Numbered from the stretch's first letter, positions 36,962 to 47,289 are shown. The stretch: DNA of 64,000 nt from Planctomycetota bacterium (GCA_036338595.1 JAYZBV010000100.1:20774-84773), one strand, 5' to 3'. Translations and numbers: made by a program. The notes: generated by a model not told the origin, from the sequence alone.

Positions 36962-38749
36962 ATGCGCCTGTCTGCGAGATCTCTGCTGCTGGGGCTGCTG
37001 CTGACCGCCTTTCCATGCTCGATGGTGGTGGTCGCATCCTGGGACGCCGACGTTGAGCGCTCGACTGCCGCACCTTCCTCCTCGGATGACGAGAAGCCGC
37101 CGACTGCCAAGGAACTGAAGAAACTGATCCAGCAGGCTGCGATGTCGGGGGATGCTGCGGCTCTCGCAGAGGTGCTTCGAACCGTGGGCAAACTGCCCGG
37201 CCGCGAAGGCGCTGCTGCAGTGCTTTCCACGGCAGCCTCGCTCTCTTCCGGACCCGATGACATCTACTGGTTCTTGCTCCAGGGCGTGGCAGGGTTCAAG
37301 GGCCCTGAAGCATTCACGGAGATGGGTGAGTTCGTCCTGCGCTACAAGTCGAAGCCAGTATCGCGCGATCTTCTCAACTCCCTGTCCAGGTGTCGGTCGA
37401 GGTATGTCAACAGGGTGATCCGACGGGTGCTGGAGCGTGGCAGTGTCGATATGCAACTGATGGCGGTCGACATCGCTGCCGGAGTTCCTGTCCGGCGAAC
37501 CGTCGATGTGTTGATGCCAGTGCTGGAGAGGGAGGCTGCCAAGGAGCGTGGCGGCAAGAAGCCACCGACCCCCCTCAAACTCGCCATCATCTCTGCCCTG
37601 GAAGCGCTGACCAAGCAACAACTAGGAGATAGCCTCATCAACTGGCAAGGCTGGTGGGCCAAGGAGCGGGTCCGGGGACTCAAGACGATCCGAGATGAAG
37701 CCGAGGACCACCCTGCAACGACCGGGCTTGCGCGTCCCCTCGATCCTGTTCGGGCGCGTCAATTTCTCGGTCTCGAGGAGATGCCAGCAGGATCAGTACT
37801 GGTGGTCAAAGGTCCCAGGGCGGCGAACGGATTCGATACCAACTACGATCACATCGAAGCAGTCCTCGATCGAATCCGAGTTGCCAACACCGTGGTCCTG
37901 AAGGAGGAACTGGAAGACCCTGCCTTCTCCCTCGATGGAGTGGCAGCGATCTTCATCAACTGCAGTCAGATTCACAAGTTCTGTCAGAGCCCCGGTCACA
38001 CGGCGGGAGCCTATACCGGCAAGCGGCTCCACAGGTGTGAAGGCCCGGCACCCCACGACACGGTCCAGTTCAAGATGAAGCAGAAAGCGATCGAGAAGCT
38101 GGTCAAGTGGGTGGAAAAGGGTGGTTACCTCTTCACCGAGGATTGGGTGCTGGTCGAACTCCTGGAGATTGGATTTAGCCGCTACGTTCGTTCCGGTAGC
38201 CCACTCGAGGGGGCAGAGGTCTCCATCCATCCGGAACGTGGAATGACGGCACATCCGATGCTCAGGGGGGTGTTCATCGCTCCCGTCGATCTGGACGCAT
38301 TGCGGCGCGAACGCTGGGCCGGCTATGACGACGATGAAGATGATGACGATGACGAAGATGAGTATGACCCGACCGTGGAGGATGATCCTGGTGATGTAGA
38401 TCGAGAGCGCGGAAAAACTGCCGTGGGAGATGGAGAAGCGGCGACCGATCCATCGGAGATCGAGGATCCAGACATTCGCATGATCGATCACCGGTGGAAG
38501 ATCGACAAGGAGAGTCCTTCTCTGGACATCCAGTCAAAGAAGGTCCAGGTGCTCGTGGAGTCAGAACAGTTGCGGCAGATGTGCGGCGAGGGTGCGGTGG
38601 CGATCACATTCCCGGTTGGAAGAGGTCGCGTGCTTCACGTGCTGTCGCATTTCGGGAAACAGAGCAGTTCCGACAACGAGGCCACGATCGAGAATATTCT
38701 CGTCAATTTCCTTCTACAGGTGAGGATTCGAGCCAGCGGAACACGCTGA
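36962..38749 (+). CDS. Exported HEAT-repeat protein with C-terminal class I GATase-like (flavodoxin-like) domain and acidic insert
   Basis: Signal peptide. HEAT-like helices ending ALEALTKQQLG...WQGWW. YDHIEAVL, AIFINC, KWVEKGGYLFTEDW and GRGRVLHVLSHF. Poly-D/E stretch. Confidence 0.5.
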   Translation: MRLSARSLLLGLLLTAFPCSMVVVASWDADVERSTAAPSSSDDEKPPTAKELKKLIQQAAMSGDAAALAEVLRTVGKLPGREGAAAVLSTAASLSSGPDDIYWFLLQGVAGFKGPEAFTEMGEFVLRYKSKPVSRDLLNSLSRCRSRYVNRVIRRVLERGSVDMQLMAVDIAAGVPVRRTVDVLMPVLEREAAKERGGKKPPTPLKLAIISALEALTKQQLGDSLINWQGWWAKERVRGLKTIRDEAEDHPATTGLARPLDPVRARQFLGLEEMPAGSVLVVKGPRAANGFDTNYDHIEAVLDRIRVANTVVLKEELEDPAFSLDGVAAIFINCSQIHKFCQSPGHTAGAYTGKRLHRCEGPAPHDTVQFKMKQKAIEKLVKWVEKGGYLFTEDWVLVELLEIGFSRYVRSGSPLEGAEVSIHPERGMTAHPMLRGVFIAPVDLDALRRERWAGYDDDEDDDDDEDEYDPTVEDDPGDVDRERGKTAVGDGEAATDPSEIEDPDIRMIDHRWKIDKESPSLDIQSKKVQVLVESEQLRQMCGEGAVAITFPVGRGRVLHVLSHFGKQSSSDNEATIENILVNFLLQVRIRASGTR

Positions 38750-38808
38750 ATCGACGCATCGAGTCCGGTGTTGCTTTCTGCCCGGGTCGACGCTGGAAGA
38801 GCAAATCC

Positions 38809-38837
38809 GCTCAAGTTGTCTCTCTGTGCTCAAGTTG
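38809..38837. repeat. Direct repeat GCTCAAGTTG x2, 19-bp period, overlapping the predicted lptD -35
   Basis: GCTCAAGTTG at 38809-38818 and 38828-38837. Confidence 0.6.
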
Positions 38838-38863
38838 ACTCCCTTGTGGCCAGGGACTACCTT
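38835..38863 (+). promoter_or_regulatory. Putative sigma70-like promoter for the lptD-coaD-ridA-oppDF-mtaB-udg run
   Basis: TTGACT-17 nt-TACCTT. Confidence 0.5.
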
Positions 38864-38943
38864 GCTGATCGGTTCCGGGACCTGCACCCGGAGGGGGATG
38901 CCTTCAGGCGAGCGCGGTTTGGATCTGCACGATCCAGGGTGGG

Positions 38944-41391
38944 GTGAAATTCTTGAAATTGCAGCTTCCTGCTGGCCGCACTGCTTCTTCATCGACCCTC
39001 TATCTGCGCTTCATCCTGACATTGTTGGTCTCTCTGCAACTGCTGATGTTCAGCGGCTCTCCAACTCTGGCTCAGGACAGCGCCAGAGGGCTCTTCGGCA
39101 CTGACGAAGATTTCACCATCCGCTACGACCGTCTCGAGGCGGACATATCCACTGAAGATGGCGGCCGGTCGCTGGTCGTTCTGGGGAATGTAGTGCTGGA
39201 GGGTCTCGGCTTTTCACTGAGAGCCGATGCGATCGGGGTCTTCATCGATGGCGTGGATCCCACCACCGGACCGGTTCACCCCAGGGTGCTGGCGATCGGC
39301 GAGGTGTTGCTGGCGCGAGGTGAGCAGTCGTTTCGAGCCAGCACGCTCTTTCTGGATGTCGATTCGCGTCAGATGGTGCTCTCGGATGCGCGACTCCGTC
39401 TGAGCCAAGCGATGGTCGAGCGGCTCAGGACCTTGCCCTTCGACGATCCGATACGAGCGAGGCTGGTGGCAGAATCGTGGGTCGCAGGTGTTTCCGAGGT
39501 GGGTGAGGTGGAATTGCCCATCTCACGTCTTGGCATCCAGGCGCGCTTGCTGCGTGTCTCGGATTTCAAGGATGTCGAGGGAGATGAGATCACCATCACC
39601 ACCGATGAGTTCTTCGATCCGGAGTGGGCACTCGTCGCTCGATGGGCTCGTGCGTCATCTCGCAAGGAAATCGATCAGCGTGCGGATGAGGATCAGCCCG
39701 GTGGCTACCTCATCGAGGTGGAAGATGCACGGTTGGAAGTGGCAGGAGTCTCGGTGCTGCCCTTTTCCTCGACGATCTGGGACAGTCGCTGGGCACGCTC
39801 CTTCCCGCTGAGGGATTTACGCATCTCCGATTCGTCCAGGTTTGGCAGGCGCATCGATACCGCCTGGGATGGGGACTTGCTGCTTCCTGAGCGATTCGAA
39901 GATGAGATCGACCTGACACCACGGATCGACAATCTCTCCGATCGTGGCACCGGTCTGGGGCTCGATTTTGAACTGGGAAGGGACCCACTGAGATGGGCTC
40001 AGCAACCCGATGGGCGCCTCGAACTGTTCGCTTACGGTTCCTACTGGGGGATCCAGGATGATGCTCCGACCGATAGTGACGGAACTGCGGTTGCAGACCC
40101 TGATCGATTCCGAACCAGAGCATTCCTGCACGCTCGCCTCGGTCAGGGAACCCTGATCGACGGCGAACTCTCCAACGTCAGCGATGCGGGCTTCATCGAG
40201 GAGTTTTTCCGAGCAGAGGCGAGAACTCTCAAGTCGCCCGAGAATTTCCTCTCGCTGCGACAGGTGTTCTCGGAAGACTATGTTGCCACGGCGATGTCGC
40301 GAGTTCGACTCTCCGATCATCTTCGAGTTCTTGAGAAGAATCCGGAGTTCACCTTTCGTGCCCTCGACTCCAGTTTATTCGACGCCCTTCGATGGGACTC
40401 GGACCTGGCGCTCTCCGACATGCATCTGCTGCCAGAGGAAGGGTCGCTGGATCCTGAGCTGGAAACGAAGCGATCAGATCTTCGTGTCGAGTTCTCTATG
40501 CCGCTGGGTTTGTCGCGCTGGGTGCGCTGGGTGCCCCGGGCTGGTGCCCGCTGGACCTCCTGGAACTCCATCAATTTTGGTTCCAGGGAACGGACACAGT
40601 TTCAGGCTGGATTGCAGGGTGCCACTCGCTTTTCCCGCACCTTTGATGTCAAGAATCCTTCGTGGGGGATCGACGGACTGCGCCATGTCATCGACTTCAC
40701 CGCAGGATATTCGAGCATCTTTGATACTTCGCTGGATCTTGCAGATGTTCCGGTACAGATCGATGAGATCGATGCGCTCACTGATTTCGATGAAGTGCAG
40801 CTGTCGCTGGTACAGAGATTTCAAACTCGCGACTCTCGAACCGATCGTGAGCGGATGCAGCGTCTCGGTACGCGGACCATCGCAGAGGCAAGAGTGGATG
40901 TGTTTTATTACCCGGATGCAGATAGGGATCATGGCGGTGTGCCGTGGGGAGATCTCTTCTCCGAGGTCGTCTTGCACGGTGGCGGTGGCTGGAGCCTGTT
41001 CGGAGAGAGTCATCATGACGTGGGTGCCGGCACCGGTCTTGAACGAAACGGTGGGGTGCGCTGGCTCGATCTCGACAAGGGGTTGCTCGAACTCGCCTGG
41101 AGAGAACGACCCGATGCACACAGAACCATTCTGCTGGGGGGGAGAACCGCAGCTGCTGATCGGTGGGACATCGGCCTGTTTGTCGAGTACGATGCCATCA
41201 ACAAGGAAGCGATCGGGCAATGGTGGGAAGTCGGACGTAACTTCCGCACTTTTCGTATGCTCTTTAGCCTCGATGTGGAGCGCGGGGATGTCGACGAAAC
41301 GACCTTTCGTGTCGACATCGGGTTGCGCGAGATGATGGGAGCGTTGAGGGGGTCGAGGATCGGTGCCGCCGGCGCTGGCAGATTTCGCTGA
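38944..41391 (+). CDS. lptD: LPS-assembly protein LptD-like outer-membrane beta-barrel
   Basis: Signal peptide. Beta-jellyroll-like N-domain (LGNVVL, LRADAI, GEVLL). SSRFG, DRGTGLG, VSDAGFIEEFF, GLRHVID and QRFQTR typical of PVC LptD-like proteins. Confidence 0.65.
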   Translation: MKFLKLQLPAGRTASSSTLYLRFILTLLVSLQLLMFSGSPTLAQDSARGLFGTDEDFTIRYDRLEADISTEDGGRSLVVLGNVVLEGLGFSLRADAIGVFIDGVDPTTGPVHPRVLAIGEVLLARGEQSFRASTLFLDVDSRQMVLSDARLRLSQAMVERLRTLPFDDPIRARLVAESWVAGVSEVGEVELPISRLGIQARLLRVSDFKDVEGDEITITTDEFFDPEWALVARWARASSRKEIDQRADEDQPGGYLIEVEDARLEVAGVSVLPFSSTIWDSRWARSFPLRDLRISDSSRFGRRIDTAWDGDLLLPERFEDEIDLTPRIDNLSDRGTGLGLDFELGRDPLRWAQQPDGRLELFAYGSYWGIQDDAPTDSDGTAVADPDRFRTRAFLHARLGQGTLIDGELSNVSDAGFIEEFFRAEARTLKSPENFLSLRQVFSEDYVATAMSRVRLSDHLRVLEKNPEFTFRALDSSLFDALRWDSDLALSDMHLLPEEGSLDPELETKRSDLRVEFSMPLGLSRWVRWVPRAGARWTSWNSINFGSRERTQFQAGLQGATRFSRTFDVKNPSWGIDGLRHVIDFTAGYSSIFDTSLDLADVPVQIDEIDALTDFDEVQLSLVQRFQTRDSRTDRERMQRLGTRTIAEARVDVFYYPDADRDHGGVPWGDLFSEVVLHGGGGWSLFGESHHDVGAGTGLERNGGVRWLDLDKGLLELAWRERPDAHRTILLGGRTAAADRWDIGLFVEYDAINKEAIGQWWEVGRNFRTFRMLFSLDVERGDVDETTFRVDIGLREMMGALRGSRIGAAGAGRFR

Positions 41392-41434
41392 GCTCGTCCG
41401 ACACTCTTTGTACAGCCGTGAGGAAGGGGCACCG

Positions 41435-41965
41435 ATGCATGGGCCTGCGATCTATCCCGGGACCTTTGATCCTCCTCACAAGGGGCACATGGACCTGATC
41501 CAGCGCGGCGTTCGGCTGTTTGGATCGGTCGTGGTGGCGGTCGCAGACAACCGAGAGAAGAGCACATTTTTCAGCCCCGAGGAGCGTGTCCACTGGCTCC
41601 AGCTCTGCACCGAGGCAATTCCAGCGGTGAGGGTCGTTCGATTTCAGGGTCTGGTCGTGGACCTGCTCGGGCGAGAGGGATCACGCGTGCTGCTGAGGGG
41701 AATCCGGACCTTCGCCGATTTCGAGGCGGAGTACACCATGGCGCTCACCAATCGCTCCATCTCGGCCGAGATCGAGGCGGAGACGGTATTCGTGATGCCG
41801 TCGCTGGAATACTCACACTACTCCAGCCGCCATGTGAAGGAGATCGCTTCCTTCGGAGGAGATGTCCGCTCATACCTGCCTGACCAGATCTCGAAAGAGG
41901 TTTCCAGTCGACTCGAGGAGTTGCAGGGGCCGGGCACGGTGGAATCGGGTGGTTCACAGCGGTAG
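41435..41965 (+). CDS. coaD: Phosphopantetheine adenylyltransferase
   Basis: IYPGTFDPPHKGHMDLI, RGIR...FEAEYTMALTNR and SSRHVKEIASFGGDV. Confidence 0.96.
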   Translation: MHGPAIYPGTFDPPHKGHMDLIQRGVRLFGSVVVAVADNREKSTFFSPEERVHWLQLCTEAIPAVRVVRFQGLVVDLLGREGSRVLLRGIRTFADFEAEYTMALTNRSISAEIEAETVFVMPSLEYSHYSSRHVKEIASFGGDVRSYLPDQISKEVSSRLEELQGPGTVESGGSQR

Positions 41966-42049
41966 GATTCCACACCTGCGACCATCGCTGTGCCTCGGCA
42001 TCGGAGCGAGGCGGAATCGAAGCGAGGTGTTGCGAGGAGGAGGGTCCAC

Positions 42050-42448
42050 ATGAGTCCGGACGAGCGAGTCCCCATCTGTATTGACAACGCCCCGGCTGCG
42101 ATCGGCCCCTATTCACAGGGGATCGTGGTAGATGGCTGGGTCTATTGTTCAGGCCAGATTCCCATCATTCCGGCAGATGGCTCGGTAGCGCAGGGAATCG
42201 AAGATCAGACGCGGCAGGTTCTTGTGAATCTTGGCCATGTGCTGTCTGCTGCCGAATGTGATTTTTCTGATGTGATCAAGACGACGGTGTACCTGGCTGA
42301 CATGGCGACGTTCTCACGGATGAACGAAGTCTATGCTCAATTTTTCGAAGATCCATTTCCTGCCCGCGCATGTATCGAGGCGGCGGCACTTCCCAAGGGT
42401 GTGCAGGTTGAAATCGATGCCATCGCAAGAAAGAGAGACTCTTCTTGA
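42050..42448 (+). CDS. ridA: RidA/YjgF family enamine/imine deaminase
   Basis: [32 protein letters not shown] and [10 protein letters not shown]. Confidence 0.93.
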   Translation: MSPDERVPICIDNAPAAIGPYSQGIVVDGWVYCSGQIPIIPADGSVAQGIEDQTRQVLVNLGHVLSAAECDFSDVIKTTVYLADMATFSRMNEVYAQFFEDPFPARACIEAAALPKGVQVEIDAIARKRDSS

Positions 42449-43461
42449 GCCAGGACCCTCCGCTGCTTGAAATCGATGACCTGCGCACCTGGTTCTACAC
42501 CGACGATGGGGTTGCCAAGGCGGTCGATGGCGTCAGTTATACCATCGGGGCCGGAAAGACCCTTGGCGTGGTAGGCGAGTCCGGTTGTGGTAAGTCCGTT
42601 ACTGCCATGAGCATCCTGCAACTGGTCCCGACCCCTCCTGGGAAATATGTCGGAGGAGAGATCCGCTTTCATGGTGAGAATTTGCTCCTCCACAACGAGA
42701 AAGCGATGCGGAAAATCCGCGGTAAAGAAATATCGGTCATCTTTCAGGAGCCGATGACGAGTCTCAATCCGGTTTTCAGGGTCGGCGATCAGATAGGGGA
42801 GGCGCTTCGTCTTCACGAGGGAATGAGCCGCGCAGAAGCGAGAGTGCGATGCATCGAATTGCTCACGCAGGTTGGTATCCCTTCTCCAGAAACTCGCGTT
42901 GACGAGTACCCGCACCAGTTGTCTGGCGGCATGAAGCAGCGTGTGATGATTGCGATGGCGCTTGCTTGCAGTCCAGCGTTACTGATTGCGGATGAACCGA
43001 CGACTGCCCTGGATGTGACGATCCAGGCCCAGATCCTGGATCTGTTGAGGGATCTCCAGAAGGAGAAGGGGATGGCCATCTTGCTGATCACGCACGATCT
43101 GGGAGTGGTGGCAGAGAACGCCGATGATGTAGTCGTGATGTATGCTGGCAAGATCGTCGAGCGAGCACCCGTGGAGCAACTATTCGAGACGCCTCGCCAT
43201 CCCTACACGCTTGGACTGTTTCGTTCGATTCCCGGACTCGGTACCGACTGCGATCGGCTGGAGGTGATCGAGGGCAATGTTCCGAATCCTCTCGAGTTCC
43301 CCAGTGGTTGCAAGTTCAGGCCGCGTTGCCCTTTTGCATCCGATGAGTGTGCTGCGCAGGAGCCAGAACTATCCGAGGTGGCAGAGCGGCATGAGGTGGC
43401 TTGCCTGCATCTGGATCAGGTTTCGAGGGCTACTGAAGAGAGCCGGGGAGGTGGGGCGTGA
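42445..43461 (+). CDS. oppD: Oligopeptide/dipeptide ABC transporter ATP-binding subunit (OppD/DppD)
   Basis: [44 protein letters not shown] and C-terminal Cys cluster. Confidence 0.93.
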   Translation: MSQDPPLLEIDDLRTWFYTDDGVAKAVDGVSYTIGAGKTLGVVGESGCGKSVTAMSILQLVPTPPGKYVGGEIRFHGENLLLHNEKAMRKIRGKEISVIFQEPMTSLNPVFRVGDQIGEALRLHEGMSRAEARVRCIELLTQVGIPSPETRVDEYPHQLSGGMKQRVMIAMALACSPALLIADEPTTALDVTIQAQILDLLRDLQKEKGMAILLITHDLGVVAENADDVVVMYAGKIVERAPVEQLFETPRHPYTLGLFRSIPGLGTDCDRLEVIEGNVPNPLEFPSGCKFRPRCPFASDECAAQEPELSEVAERHEVACLHLDQVSRATEESRGGGA

Positions 43462-44471
43462 GCGATATCGACTTGCCACTGCTCGATGTTCAAGATCTAC
43501 GCACCTGGTTCCCTATCCGTTCGGGTGTCTTTTCCAGGGTTACCGCCCATGTGAAGGCTGTCGATGGGGTCTCCTTCCAGCTGGGGCGAAAGGAAACCCT
43601 GGGACTGGTCGGTGAATCAGGATGCGGAAAAACAACTGTGGGTCGTTCCATCCTCAGATTGGTGGAACCCACCAGCGGCAAGGTCACCTTTGATGGACAC
43701 GATGTGGGCTCGATCGAGGGCGCCAAGATGCGTCAGTTGCGCAAGCGGATGCAGATCATTTTCCAGGATCCATACGGCTCACTCAATCCAAGAATGACCG
43801 TGGGGTCGATCCTCAGTGAAGGTCCACGAATCCATCAGATGGGCAGCGAGAGTCAGATCCGAAGTCGTATCGAGCACTTGATGCAGCGTTGCGGTCTCGA
43901 CCCCCTGCATCATATCAACCGCTATCCTCACGAGTTCTCTGGCGGCCAGCGGCAGAGAATCGGCATCGCTCGGGCGTTGTCGGTGGAGCCGGAGTTCATA
44001 GTCTGTGACGAGGCAGTCAGTGCCCTCGATGTTTCGATCCAGGCTCAGATCATCAACCTTCTCCTCGACCTGCAGGATGAGTTCGATCTCTCCTACCTGT
44101 TCATAGCGCACGACCTTGCCGTGGTGGAACACATCAGCGATCGAGTGGCAGTGATGTATCTGGGCAAGATCGTCGAGGAGGCTTCTTCAGAGCAACTCTA
44201 CAGTAATCCTCGCCATCCCTACACGCAGGCACTGCTCTCAGCAGTACCTGGAACCCGGCCCGGGCAGAGCAAGGATCGGATCCTGCTCGAGGGCGATGTG
44301 CCATCGCCGATCGATCCTCCGTCAGGGTGTCCTTTCCACACTCGCTGTCCTAGCGTAGGACCACGCTGTAGTGTCGAGGTTCCCGCTGCATTTGGTATTG
44401 CGGATGGTCACTGCAGTTACTGTTGGCTGGAGGATGCCGCAGGAGTGGAAGGGACCACGGTCCACAGCTAG
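43458..44471 (+). CDS. oppF: Oligopeptide/dipeptide ABC transporter ATP-binding subunit (OppF/DppF)
   Basis: [41 protein letters not shown] and [11 protein letters not shown]. Confidence 0.93.
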   Translation: MSDIDLPLLDVQDLRTWFPIRSGVFSRVTAHVKAVDGVSFQLGRKETLGLVGESGCGKTTVGRSILRLVEPTSGKVTFDGHDVGSIEGAKMRQLRKRMQIIFQDPYGSLNPRMTVGSILSEGPRIHQMGSESQIRSRIEHLMQRCGLDPLHHINRYPHEFSGGQRQRIGIARALSVEPEFIVCDEAVSALDVSIQAQIINLLLDLQDEFDLSYLFIAHDLAVVEHISDRVAVMYLGKIVEEASSEQLYSNPRHPYTQALLSAVPGTRPGQSKDRILLEGDVPSPIDPPSGCPFHTRCPSVGPRCSVEVPAAFGIADGHCSYCWLEDAAGVEGTTVHS

Positions 44472-44504
44472 CCAGTGGACCGAAGTCGAAGAAGGAGACG
44501 TCAC

Positions 44505-45836
44505 ATGCCCAGTTGCGCATTCGTCACCTTTGGCTGCAAGATCAATCAGTACGACACGCAGGCAATCCGGGAAGAAATCATCGACCTCGGATATTCCGAA
44601 AGCGGCGAGGCAGAGGGCGTCGACCTGCTGGTGGTGAATTCATGCACAGTAACGGAGCGCGCCGGCGAAAAAGTGGTTGAGAAGATCAGATCCCTGACGC
44701 GCAAGAATCCCAACGCTCGCATCATCGTTACAGGCTGCATGAGTGAGACCGATCGTTTGCGCCTCGAGAAAATTCCCGAGGTGGTGCACTTGATCGGAAA
44801 CGAAGAAAAGCACCGGGTTGCCGAGGTGATCCAGGGCGAGCCATTGCTCGATACAAAGCCCAGGCGCAGGAGTCGGGAGATCTTCAACCTGAAGATCAGT
44901 GGATTCGAGGGGCGGACACGAGCATTCCTGAAAATCCAGGATGGTTGCGATTCCTTCTGCAGCTACTGCATCATCCCGTACATGCGAGGTTCATCGCGCA
45001 GTCGCGATCATGGCCCGGTGCTCGAGGAAGCGAGGCGTCTGGCCGCAGCAGGATTCAGTGAAGTGGTGCTGACGGGAATCCACCTGCGCCAATGGGGGCT
45101 GGATCTGGGAATCGAGGACGGTCTGGCAGCGTTGCTCGGCGATCTGCGTCGTATCGAGGGGCTGGAACGGGTTCGCCTCTCGTCGATCGGTGAGGGTGCT
45201 TTCTCGAAGGCCTTCATCGACGCCTTTCGCGACGACCTGGGCCTTTGTCGCTTCTTTCATGTGCCTCTTCAGAGTGGCAGCGCCAAGATTCTCGACAGGA
45301 TGCGCAGAGACTACAGCCTCGAGAAATTTGTCGAGGCGATGGAGCGTGTGCGCGACCGCTTGCCAGATGCTGTGCTGGCGACCGATGTTATCGTCGGCTT
45401 TCCCGGCGAAACGGAAGCAGATTTTTGTCTTACCCTGCAACTGCTCGAACGCTTGCAATTCCTCAAGGTGCATCTGTTTCCTTACAGTCCGCGCCCCAGG
45501 ACTTCCGCGGCACGACTCGATGGGCATGTATCCCCCGAGACCCGAGCAAAGCGCATGGTTCGAGCGAGGGAACTGTGTCAACAACTACAACAGCGGGGAC
45601 TGGAATCGCGCATCGGAGATCAGGTTCAGGTATTGATCGAGAAAGGTTCCCCCAGAGGGTCCACGATGGTCGCTGAAGGACTCTCCAGAGAGGGCCTTCG
45701 TGTGCTTGTTGAGAGCAGCTCAGAGATCGAGATCGAGCGTGGCTCAGAGGTCGAGGCTCTGCTGCACCAGCGAGAGGGGGCAGCCATTCGCGCGCATCTG
45801 CAATCCGAGTGGGTGCTGGAGCGGGTGGCGCCATGA
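44505..45836 (+). CDS. mtaB: tRNA t6A37 methylthiotransferase MtaB (radical SAM)
   Basis: TFGCKINQYD, NSCTVT, TGC, RTRAFLKIQDGCDSFCSYC and HLFPYSPRPRT. AAGGAG RBS. Confidence 0.92.
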   Translation: MPSCAFVTFGCKINQYDTQAIREEIIDLGYSESGEAEGVDLLVVNSCTVTERAGEKVVEKIRSLTRKNPNARIIVTGCMSETDRLRLEKIPEVVHLIGNEEKHRVAEVIQGEPLLDTKPRRRSREIFNLKISGFEGRTRAFLKIQDGCDSFCSYCIIPYMRGSSRSRDHGPVLEEARRLAAAGFSEVVLTGIHLRQWGLDLGIEDGLAALLGDLRRIEGLERVRLSSIGEGAFSKAFIDAFRDDLGLCRFFHVPLQSGSAKILDRMRRDYSLEKFVEAMERVRDRLPDAVLATDVIVGFPGETEADFCLTLQLLERLQFLKVHLFPYSPRPRTSAARLDGHVSPETRAKRMVRARELCQQLQQRGLESRIGDQVQVLIEKGSPRGSTMVAEGLSREGLRVLVESSSEIEIERGSEVEALLHQREGAAIRAHLQSEWVLERVAP

Positions 45837-46588
45837 ACGGTGAGATGCAGGACACCTCGACCGAAAATGGTGAGGCAGGGCCGCTTCGGTTCCGATCCCG
45901 GCTGCACCTGCGAGGTTTGCTGGGCTGGGGAATCGAGCGGGTGATGTGCTTGCAGTCACCGGCGCCCGCCGAGGCCCCGCCGCCAGATCTTCCTCCGCCA
46001 CCCCGACCTCTCGATCAGGAGGCAGCGCTCGAACAGCAGGCGCAGCGGGTCGCCAGCTGCCGGCAGTGCGACCTGTGTGAAAGCCGGCATCTGACCGCAT
46101 TTGGCACCGGAGATGCGGATGCGGACCTGATGTTCGTGGGCGAAGCTCCGGGGCAGCAGGAGGATCTGCGTGGCGAGCCCTTTGTGGGCCCCGCAGGGCA
46201 ACTGCTCGACCGGATCATCGAGGCGATGGGGCTCCGGCGAGAACAGGTTTACATTGCCAATGTATTGAAGTGCCGTCCCCCCGGTAACAGGGACCCCCAG
46301 CCGCAGGAGGTGAATGCGTGTGAGGGGCACCTGGAGAGCCAGATCCTGACCATCCAACCAAAAATTCTGGTCGCTCTGGGCCGCCCGGCCGCTTGCTGGC
46401 TGACGGGGCTGGACACTTCTCTGGCGCAGATGAGGGGTCAGGAGCACGACTGGAGGGGCATTCCCGTGGTGGCTACCTATCACCCGGCCTATTTGCTGCG
46501 CCAGGAGCAATTCAAGGCCCGCTGCTGGCAAGATCTTCAGCGAGTCATCCAGGCGCTCGATCTTCCCGGTGGCCGAGCCAGATCCTGA
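45833..46588 (+). CDS. udg: Family 4 uracil-DNA glycosylase ([4Fe-4S])
   Basis: CRQCDLC, GEAPGQQED, PFVGPAG, NVLKCRPPGNR and TYHPAYLLR. ATGA overlap with mtaB. Confidence 0.92.
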   Translation: MNGEMQDTSTENGEAGPLRFRSRLHLRGLLGWGIERVMCLQSPAPAEAPPPDLPPPPRPLDQEAALEQQAQRVASCRQCDLCESRHLTAFGTGDADADLMFVGEAPGQQEDLRGEPFVGPAGQLLDRIIEAMGLRREQVYIANVLKCRPPGNRDPQPQEVNACEGHLESQILTIQPKILVALGRPAACWLTGLDTSLAQMRGQEHDWRGIPVVATYHPAYLLRQEQFKARCWQDLQRVIQALDLPGGRARS

Positions 46589-46634
46589 TCGTTGCAACAC
46601 CGCTCCCGATCACGATGTGCAGATTCGAGGGAAG

Positions 46635-46662
46635 TTGACTCCCTCCCTCTGGGATCTATACT
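46635..46662 (+). promoter_or_regulatory. Strong sigma70-like promoter upstream of the pilM/secretin/exbBD cluster
   Basis: TTGACT (46635-40), 16-nt spacer, TATACT (46657-62). Predicted TSS about 46669. Confidence 0.65.
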
Positions 46663-46668
46663 TCCCTC

Positions 46669-47289
46669 TTCCCGGGGATCGATCGGTTCTCCCGCTTTGT
46701 GGCCCTTGGGGGCAGGCGGGGACTGTTCGAGAAACATGATCAAGGGAAGGAATGCGCTCCACATATTGAGAGCAGAAACTGCGGGAACCGACCCTCACGG
46801 GCGGCTCTGGATGCATTTGTCTTCTGATCTCGATGTGTCGGAGTAGGTGCAGGAGGCATCTCCTGCACCGGTAGTGGTGGTCATCGCGGCGACCTGGTTC
46901 GTGCGATGGTCTGCAAAGGATCTGGGTCTTCGAGATGAAGATAGGCCCAACAGGCCCGACTCAAGACGAGGCTAACCTGAACTGCCGTTGCAGTTGTGGG
47001 TTCATGACCTCGACGGGTATCACCTTTGCGATCATCCTCTGGCCGGTAGCTCGATCTCTACCGCTGTCGTGTTCTTTCAGTCCTCGATCATTGGATTGCG
47101 ATCACCGGGAAACGAATCGATAGCGAGATCAGTACCCGGCATGTCCGGAATTCTCGTGACTCGTGTCACTGAACATCTCAACGCGGGACCATTCCCGGGT
47201 GGCTGATGGTGTTCTGTGAGTGCTAGGAATTTGATACTGGTTGACCATTAGACGTAACGGTGCGTTGGCGCCGTTGGAGAGAGGTATCC
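46669..47289 (+). ncRNA. Candidate structured leader or small RNA (unassigned family)
   Basis: No credible ORF. Long-range pairing of 46671-46695 with 46781-46801. Perfect 10-bp hairpin 46846-46869 and further stems at 46882-46908, 46980-46995, 47044-47063 and 47256-47275. Confidence 0.35.

Noticed and set aside
38325..38365. GATGAC/GATGAA microsatellite-like tract
   Set aside because: It is an in-frame poly-Asp/Glu coding stretch with mixed codons, not a phase-variable repeat or CRISPR.
46912..46960. GCAAAG...GGTCT segment reminiscent of a c-di-GMP-I riboswitch
   Set aside because: The upstream GGCAAAC/GNRA-capped P2 stem is missing, so a family call is unsupported.
46592..47206. Short ORFs (62-84 aa) in the gap before pilM
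   Set aside because: No recognisable motifs or clear RBS and atypical composition; a small peptide cannot be fully excluded.
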